Notes under the pieces: generated by a model
Databases searched by the model: none
Told to the model about the DNA's origin: nothing
Seen by the model: only the letters and a program-made list of their open reading frames with translations
Assembly (NCBI GenBank): GCA_004431415.1
Contig: QPMI01000669.1
Location: 1-51,398, forward strand
Origin: Cyanophora paradoxa CCMP329
Taxonomy: Eukaryota; Plantae; Glaucophyta
Reading direction: 5' to 3'
DNA: 51,398 nt
Position numbers and translations under genes: made by a program
Shown: piece by piece, positions 44,557 through 51,398 of the stretch
How positions within the stretch are numbered: the stretch's first letter is position 1
How the letters are laid out: the number at the start of each line of letters is the position of its first letter

Positions 44557-47500
44557 TTAATTAAGCACTGGGCTAGCGCTAGGCTAGCTAGATATCGATA
44601 CCAGCTAGCTAGCTCAGCTCTACCCTGCCCAAGTTGATGGTATCTAGCAGCGCCTGCTCCTCTAAGTCTGCACCGCCTCCTCCTAGCGCTAGCGCTAGCT
44701 CGATACCGCCTCCAGACTTGATCTCCCTTGGCTTCAGCCACCGAAGGGGCTCAGGCCACCTCCTCCTGGTGAAGCCGGTATCGTTGCGCTTGTCCAGCTT
44801 GAGGTAGCGGTAGGGCGCCGGCGCCGGCCAGTCGGGCCTGTGGCTGCTGGCCTCCTTGGCTATGTCCTTGGGCCTACGCGGAAGCAGGTCGGCCTTGGCC
44901 TTGGCCTTCTGCAGAGGGCCCAGCGCCTTGAACTTCGGTGCCTTCGTCGCCGGCAGGGCCTTCGGCTGAGGCTTCGGTGCCTTCTGCGCCTTCGTCTTCG
45001 GCTGCGGCTGCGGCTTTAGCTGCTTCGATTTCGGCATACTTCTTGCTCATAAATGAGAAAAGCGCCTCGAAGTCGGCTTTTATCTCCTCCTTGGTCCAGG
45101 AGGACTCGCGCTGCAGCAAGATCGGCGAGGCTGCCAAGGGCGGGGGCGGGGCGAAGGCCGGCGGCGGGGCGGAGGGCCTAAGATAAGGGCGCGACCCGGC
45201 GCCGCCGGCGCTAAAGTCGATTAAGGCTGCGGGCAAGGGCCGCGGCGTCGGGCCCTGCCCCTCGTGGCGATCGCCCCGGCCAGCGCGAGGCGGCGCACGC
45301 GGCGACGGCGGCGCTGGCCTCGCAGCAGCAGAGGGAGGGGCGCCGCGCCTGAGCGCCGGCCTCTGGTCGCAGCCTGCGCCCGCGCGCGAGTACGGCGTCA
45401 GCGCTTACTTCGACGGCGCGAACGAGCTGAGCCGCCAGGAGATCTGGGCCTGGGAGGCGCGGCGCGCGGTCGACGGGCACCTGCCGTTGCTCGTGGCGCT
45501 CGGCGGCTCGCTCCTCATGGTCTGGTACCTGCGCGGCTTCGCGATTTAGATAGATTTTCGAAGCGCTAGCTAGTAGAGATGAGCTGGCTCGACGCGCTGC
45601 TCACCAAGACCTTTTGGCCCAAGGGCGCGCCGCGGCTGCAGTTCGGTGAGCTCAACGCCGCGATCGGCGCCACAGTCGAGATGAAGAACCGCGAGAACGT
45701 GCTGCGCGGCGACGGAGGCGCGTGGGCGGACATTGCGGCGGGCGCGCTGGGCTCCGCACTCACCGCACCGGGCAAGGCGGGCCGCGCGCTCACGGACGTG
45801 GCCGAGCGCTTCTGGCACTGGCTCAAGGTTGCCGTGGTCATCGCCGCAGCGGTTGTGGCGGGTCTCCTGGTGCTCGAGGCTCGCGCGCTATTTTCTAAAC
45901 GCTAGGTAAAGCGAGCGAACCATGCCCCGCGGCGGCTCTTCCCCCGTGTCTCCTTCGCTGAGAACGAAGTCGCCGCTACCCCCCTGGAGCCCGGCGTCAA
46001 GCTGGAGCGCGCGAACGCAGTCTCCGTCAAGAAGGCCAAGCGCGCGCTGGTTCTAGAAGTCCCCAAGACCGCCTCGCAGTTCCTTCCCACGTCCGAGTAC
46101 GACGGCACGGAAGATACGGAGAAGGTTGCATTCAACAAGCGCAAGACGTACAAGGCGATACGCGAGGGCCAGCTGCTGCCCACGGACGCGGTTCCCGGGC
46201 TGCCGGGCACCACGGCCGGCGAGCTGCTCGTGCGCAACCTGCGCCTGCAGTACGTCTCCCGCCTCCGCCGCTCCAAGGCCAAGAAGGCGCGCCTGGACTC
46301 GGGCGATAGCAGCTCTAGCTCGTAGGGCTCTGTACTCAATACTACCAGTTCCTGTTCCTATCCCAGAGCACGACTCGGGTAAAGGGCACGGTCATAGCGA
46401 ACATGAACTCGGCAAACTTGGAGAAGTTCATGAGGGTCCCTAGGCGCGGGTCCTCCCAGTAGATAGCTTCGCGCAGGGACTCGTAGATGCGCATGAGGAG
46501 CGCTCGTTCTCGGTCGCGAAGGCGTCGGAGGGCTCGTCGGGATCCGGATCCGAGAGCTCCGAGTACTCGTCCGAGCTGCCAGCGCTCTCGACGCCTGCGG
46601 CCGGGTCGGGCGAGGGTCAGCCATTCTTTGCTGGTAGAAGGGCTAGAAAATCACGGGCGCCGGTACTCCATCGAGTCGCCGCGCCAGTACTTGTTGCCGG
46701 AGGCGAGCAGCTTCATCGGCTCGCCCGTCGAGTCGTGCGTCCAGGCCTCGCCCGTCCAGACGGCCGTGCCGCCGTCCTCTAGCTTGAGGCGGTGGCCCGC
46801 CTCGAGCGATCGCCGTTGAGCATGCGGCCGGCCATGAGCGCCAGGTCCCACTCGTGAGGCCGCGCTGCTCTTCGGGGTGAGGCCGCGCTCGACGCGCTCG
46901 GCTGGCGCGCCTCGCGCTCCATGCGGCTGAGGCCCACCAGGAAGAAGATCGGCAGCGCAAAGGCCATGAGATCTAGCAGGGCCTCCATTGGGCAAGACTT
47001 AGAAAAGGTTCCGGGCCAGGCCGAGAGCTGCGGCCCAGGCGCCGGGCGGCGTAGTAGAGCGCGGCGGCCGCGGCGGCCAGGATCAGAAGGCGCGGCGGCC
47101 GCGCGCGGGCTCCTCCAGGGTCAAGTCCACGGTCTCTGGCTCGCGGGCCGGCGTCGCCAGGATCTCGGGCTCGGAGCTAAGGGACTTGGGCCCGCGGCGG
47201 CGGCGCTGCTTGGGGGCGGAGGCGGCGGCGGCGGCGGAGAGAAGGTCCTCGGGCTCCTGCTTGATACCTGCGCAGTCAGTAAAGTCCATGCTTGCTGGGT
47301 ACCTCGGAAAATTGTGGGAGGTGCCCGGCGGCTGCGAACGTAGGATGGGGGGAGAAGTGACGCGGACGCGAATACGTCATAGTCGAATACGTCATAGTCC
47401 AAAACCTGGACTCGGGACTCGGCCCGGGCCCTGGGGAGGGGGGTACATGTTATGTCCAAATGTCCAAATGTCCAAATGTCCAAATGTCCAATTGAAAGGT

Positions 47501-47929
47501 TGCGGAGGTTGCGGACGCGTCACAAATACGTCATAGTCGAATACGTCATAGTCCAAAACCTGGACTTGGGACCTGGGCCCAGACTCTCGCCAAGTTTCAA
47601 ATAATAATACTGTACCCCTGTTATCTGCAAGCTTATCTTATCGTTATCGTGTCACCTATCCTATCCCGATCCTATCGCTATCCTTTCGCGATCGCTTGAC
47701 TACACTATTGCATTCATTGCTTTTGAATGTAGTTAATGTCATAGCAACTTGAACATGATGTCATGATGATTTCAAGTTAAATTACCGGGTACGGTGTTTT
47801 TGTTCAAGTCTCTTTTTTTTACCGGCAGGGCCCGGGCCGAGTCCCGAGTCCAGGTTTTGGACTATGACGTATTCGACTATGACGTATTTGTGACGCGTCC
47901 GCAACCTCCGCAACCTTTCAGTTAATTAA

Positions 47930-48642
47930 TTAAGCACTGGGCTAGCGCTAGGCTAGCTAGATATTCGATACCAGCTAGCTAGCTCAGCTCTACCCTGCCC
48001 AAGTTGATGGTATCTAGCAGCGCCTGCTCCTCTAAGTCTGCACCGCCTCCTCCTAGCGCTAGCGCTAGCTCGATACCGCCTCCAGACTTGATCTCCCTTG
48101 CTTCAGCCACCGAAGGGCTCAGGCCACCTCCTCCTGGTGAAGCCGGTATCGTTGCGCTTGTCCAGCTTGAGGTAGCGGTAGGGCGCCGGCGCCGGCCAGT
48201 CGGGCCTGTGGCTGCTGGCCTCCTTGGCTATGTCCTTGGGCCTACGCGGAAGCAGGTCGGCCTTGGCCTTGGCCTTCTGCAGAGGGCCCAGCGCCTTGAA
48301 CTTCGGTGCCTTCGTCGCCGCAGGGCCTTCGGCTGAGGCTTCGGTGCCTTCTGCGCCTTCGTCTTCGGCTGCGGCTGCGGCTTTAGCTGCTTCGATTTCG
48401 GCATACTTCTTGCTCATAAATGAGAAAAGCGCCTCGAAGTCGGCTTTTATCTCCTCCTTGGTCCAGGATGTCATCTGAGTCGGGTCACCTGAGAACGGCG
48501 CATCGAACGCCACGTGGAGCGATTTGCAGGCCTGAGCTATCATTGGCTCCGGCCAGGCCAGCTCGATCAGCTGAAGGTAGATACTGAGGGCCTTGTCGAG
48601 CTTGGCGCCCTGGGAGACTAGCTGGGAGATGGCGGGCTCCAT
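47930..48642 (-). CDS. Hypothetical protein (5'-truncated copy at 44561-45101); 3' end carries TAG hypermutation
   Basis: MEPAISQLVSQGAKLDKALSIYLQLIELAWPE...RYLKLDKRNDTGFTRRRWPEP.. Confidence 0.65.
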
Positions 48643-48877
48643 GGTACTGGATTAAGCAGCTAGCCGGGGTTCAGAAAATGGCGCCAAGTCGAGCTTATTT
48701 TTTACCGGCGGGGCCTGGGCCGAGTCCCGAGTCCAGGTTTTGGACTATGACGTATTCGACTATGACGTATTCGCGTCCGCGTCACTTCCCCCCCCTCTTC
48801 AGGTGAGCGCTCACCTGACCCTCACCTGAACGGCCTCAAAACCGCAGCCGCGCCGCGCCCTCGCTCACACTTCACAG

Positions 48878-49150
48878 CCAAGAGAAATCAAGAATGTGCG
48901 CCCCAAGTACGAGACCTGCTGCCTGACCTTCGGCATCTTCGAGTACGAGGCCATGGACGAGGATCTCGACGAGAACGGCGAGATCTGCTTCAACTACTGC
49001 AGGCTGCTGCGCAACATCTCGCTGGAGTGCCGCAAGGGCGACTGCTTCCAGCACATCATGCTCAATCCCGCAAGAACGAGATCACCCTGTACGCCTCGCC
49101 AGCCCCAGCGCCAGATTTAGACTCTCGATATTCGCGTAGCCGTGATTGAG
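48878..49150 (+). CDS. Small Cys-containing beta-rich hypothetical protein, possibly with a spliced 5' end
   Basis: EIKNVRPKYETCCLTFGIFEYEAMDEDLDENGEICFNYCRLLRNISLECRKGDCFQHIML..EITLY. No in-frame ATG at the start, but a candidate intron 48803-48877 (gtgagc..ctcac..cag). Confidence 0.55.
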
Positions 49151-49290
49151 GCTCCCCCTCCCCAGTGAGACGAATGAACACGTGTTTTACCTGAATCACC
49201 TGAGCGCTCACCCGAGGTCAGCCTGAAGTCAGGTGGGGCGGCCTTAAATATTTTCTAGCGCTAGGCTGATCGCACACTAAGCTCAGACAC

Positions 49291-50065
49291 ATGCCACCGT
49301 CCGCAACGCCACCGAGATCGACCCCGCCAAGCTCGCCTTCGAAATGATGCCAACGCCGCATCAAGGCCAAGTACGACGGCCTGCAGGGCCTCATGATGTA
49401 CGCGCGCCATGTCACGATCAACCCGTGCATCACACCGAGCAAGGCAAGGCGTGAGCGACGAGAAAAGGCCTTCGTCATGGAAGAAAACGGCGGATTTTAC
49501 ACGCTGGACTCACCGATCTCAGCGCCGTCGACGGCCAGACGAACCCAGCCGCGGACGAGTTCCTCAAGCTGCTGGAGGCCCTGGACGCGAAATTCTGCGA
49601 GTTCGTGCAGCAGAACCAGGCCAAGCTCAAGGTCTCGCCGGGCGCGCCCTCTCCAAGGATCAGATCTCGGTGCTGCAGACGCCCAGCGTGCGCATCAAGG
49701 TCGACAAGGAGTCGGGCCAGGCCTTCTACAAGTACTCAACATGCGCATCCGCACGCAGACGATGGCGGGCAAGCGCAAGACGATCCCAGTCGTCGACATG
49801 TCCAACTACCTCATCACGAGCGCGCCACCATCGCACCGGAGACCTGGTGGCGGCCCTCGTTAAATCGACACCGCCTACGCCATCCCGAGGGCAAGTTCGC
49901 TCAAGTGGTCCTTCCTCGCCGTGCAGCAGTGCAAGGTCGGCGCCTTTCGCTTCGCCGCGCACGCCCGAGCTGGCCTTCAAGCCCTACGACAACGAGGCCG
50001 ATTTCGAGCCCTACCTAAACCCCGAGTCTATGTACACCACCCCATGCAGTAGTTTAGACGAATAA
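49291..50065 (+). CDS. T7 gp2.5-like / NCLDV-type OB-fold ssDNA-binding protein (many frameshifts)
   Basis: Reconstructed: EIDPAKLAFE..EFLKLLEALDAKFCEFVQQN..LSKDQISVLQTPSVR..LNMRI..IPVVD..GDLVAALVKID.AY..KF.LKWSFLAVQ, with an acidic tail. Confidence 0.65.
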
Positions 50066-50104
50066 ATGAAATTCTCTGGTGCAATTGATTACAAGCGTTT
50101 ACAA

Positions 50105-50906
50105 TCAGAGGCCGTTGAACTTGCCGCCCACCGCCCTGGGCTCCGCCGCCGTCGAGGCCGCCGCCTCCGTCACCTCCTTCATCATCTCCGGGTTCGCGTT
50201 GGCCGCGTGCACCGCCAGCACCGTCTGCACCAGGGCCATCCCCAGGCGCGCCTCGGGCCCCAGGGTCACGTAGCGCGAGTACTTAATCACCAGCTCCTCT
50301 AAGATCGGCTGCACCTGGTCCATGGAAGAGAGCGTCGCCTGCCCGAGCCCGTCTAACTTCAGGCCGATCGGATCGTACGCTTTGTTAAGGTGCTCCAGCG
50401 AGTGCATGCCCGCGATCAGAAAGAGGCGCGCCGCCTCCAGCGAACCCCGCGTGCTCAGCTCGCGCTGAATTTCCTCGTACTCTTCCTTCAGCTCGTCCAG
50501 CGGCGTGGCGAGGCTCAGCTTCTTCGTGGACGTCAGCTCGCCCCCGAACGAGCGCCTGTACTGCGCGATCTGCCGCAGAACCTGCTTCTTCTCGTCCACG
50601 TCCACCTGCGCCTCGTCGCGCGGCCTCTCCTGCAGGTCGATCCCCAGCGCCTTTTCACGCTCTGCTCCTTCTTCTTCGTCATTTCGATGTGCTCCTGCAC
50701 GCTGAAGCTCGCGCCCTTGCTCGGCGCCGTCGGCGGCACCGTGGGCCCGTCGCCCGGTAGCGACGTCTGTCGGCCTTCGGCGCCTTCTCGCCCTTTTCCT
50801 TGCCTTCCTTCGCGGGGCGGCCCTTCTTCCGAGGCTGCGGGATCCCCACCGGGTTCGGCCCGTCCACGGCCAGCGCGTCGAAGCCCAGCATCGCCGAGGG
50901 GTCCAT
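50105..50906 (-). CDS. Conserved Nucleocytoviricota helical protein (recalled as DUF5767-like), frameshifted N-terminal half
   Basis: LDELKEEYEEI..FLIAGMHSLEHLNKAYDPIGLKLDGLGQ..LEELVIKY..LGPEARLGMAL..HAAN matches the recalled pattern 'IEFLN..FDPF.IKLDGWSE...FEEL.EKY...PE.KL...H..N'. Confidence 0.75.
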
Positions 50907-50941
50907 GGTTACGCTTGCCCCTTAGAAATTTCCTCGGATTT

Positions 50942-51271
50942 TTACTCCGACGTCAGCTCGACGAAGAGCTCGATGTAAAGCCACAGTTTCTCGCGCAGCT
51001 CGGGCCCGCTCCCGTAGAAGAGCGAGCGCACGGCCGAGGCGTACTCCTGCGGCAGCTTCTCGAAAACTCCGTCGTCCCGCGCCTTAATTAATTCGGCCTC
51101 CGCGTTGATGTGCCTCCTAAAGAGAACGATGACCGCCGTGGCGCCTATGCCGCGCAGCGACTGGATCTGCGCCCGCACCCCCGGCTCCTTGGCCTCCGGC
51201 TCCAGCAGGTCGAGGAAGCGGCCCCAGCGCGCCTCGATCTGCTCGCCCAGCGTCGCCTCCGTCGCTGCCAT
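50942..51271 (-). CDS. Small helical protein of a giant-virus-type family
   Basis: RFLDLL..LFRRHI..LIKARDDGVF..LREKLWLYIELFVEL follows the recalled 'I..RD..FF...K.IW.Y...L..L' pattern; intact 109-aa ORF. Confidence 0.7.
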   Translation of the reverse strand: MAATEATLGEQIEARWGRFLDLLEPEAKEPGVRAQIQSLRGIGATAVIVLFRRHINAEAELIKARDDGVFEKLPQEYASAVRSLFYGSGPELREKLWLYIELFVELTSE

Positions 51272-51293
51272 GTCGCTAAGGGGGCTTTAGAAA

Positions 51294-51398
51294 TTAGCGG
51301 GCCAGGGATGCCGCCGCCTTTTGGTACATTTCCGCCATGCGTGCGTTGGTTTCCCGTCGGATGTTCTTCTGTCTGTCCTGAGTCTCCACGACCATGGC
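51294..51398 (-). CDS. 3' end of a further element gene (partial)
   Basis: ..VVETQDRQKNIRRETNARMAEMYQKAAASLAR*; the stop overlaps the ATTTCTAA motif of the next gene. Confidence 0.5.
   Translation of the reverse strand, partial: AMVVETQDRQKNIRRETNARMAEMYQKAAASLAR

Larger units (their letters stand above)
41737..48468. repeat. Head-to-tail tandem duplication, unit ~3365 bp (41737-45101 / 45102-48468)
   Basis: Near-identical copies differing mainly by 1-nt indels. The junction ..ttggtccagga|ggactcgcgctg.. truncates the two boundary genes. Confidence 0.97.
33200..51398. mobile_element. Endogenous dsDNA-virus-like element (small Nucleocytoviricota/mriyavirus-like); left border uncertain, runs off the right edge
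   Basis: Abrupt switch to tightly packed, mostly intron-less short ORFs with 15-60 nt spacers. Contains YqaJ, UL9-like helicase, T7-like SSB, two NCLDV-type proteins and a shared upstream motif. Confidence 0.8.

Noticed and set aside
44556-44620. TAG-to-Gln genetic-code reassignment in the element
   Set aside because: Several element genes end in TAG, CAG codons are common, and the accompanying CTA excess points to two-strand mutation instead.
35956-50906. Programmed frameshifting or true pseudogenisation as the cause of the many frameshifts
   Set aside because: Most are 1-nt losses at homopolymers and differ between the two duplicate copies, typical of long-read consensus error. It cannot be decided without polishing.

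Overview
GC-rich, intron-dense eukaryotic (alga/protist-like) genomic DNA. Introns are short with gtgcgc/gtgagc donors and gcag acceptors. Many 1-nt indels at homopolymers suggest an under-polished long-read assembly. The intron style and LRR family remind me of the glaucophyte Cyanophora, which I cannot verify. The left ~32 kb is host DNA: three paralogous 'LTALPPEIGRL' LRR genes (one an LRR-coiled-coil-RING E3), a phototropin/FPK1-like AGC kinase, a secreted CUB-domain protein, a peroxisomal hotdog thioesterase head-to-head with an AAA ATPase, and an F-box gene with a ribbon-helix-helix-like first exon. From ~33 kb to the window end lies a compact, mostly intron-less endogenous DNA-virus-like element. 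It encodes a YqaJ/lambda exonuclease, a herpes UL9-like origin-binding SF2 helicase, a T7/NCLDV-type SSB, two Nucleocytoviricota-type conserved proteins and small membrane proteins. No capsid, packaging ATPase or polymerase is visible in the window. The best signal is non-coding. The helicase is bracketed by five 50-bp palindromes (18-bp arms, 14-bp AT spacer, oriS-like), and their GGACYYGGGAC box recurs in a second inverted-repeat family. Nearly all element genes have an ATTTTC(TA)-like motif upstream of the ATG. A 3.37-kb part of the element is tandemly duplicated, and patches show CAG/CTG-to-TAG/CTA hypermutation. All family assignments come from motif recognition, not database searches.
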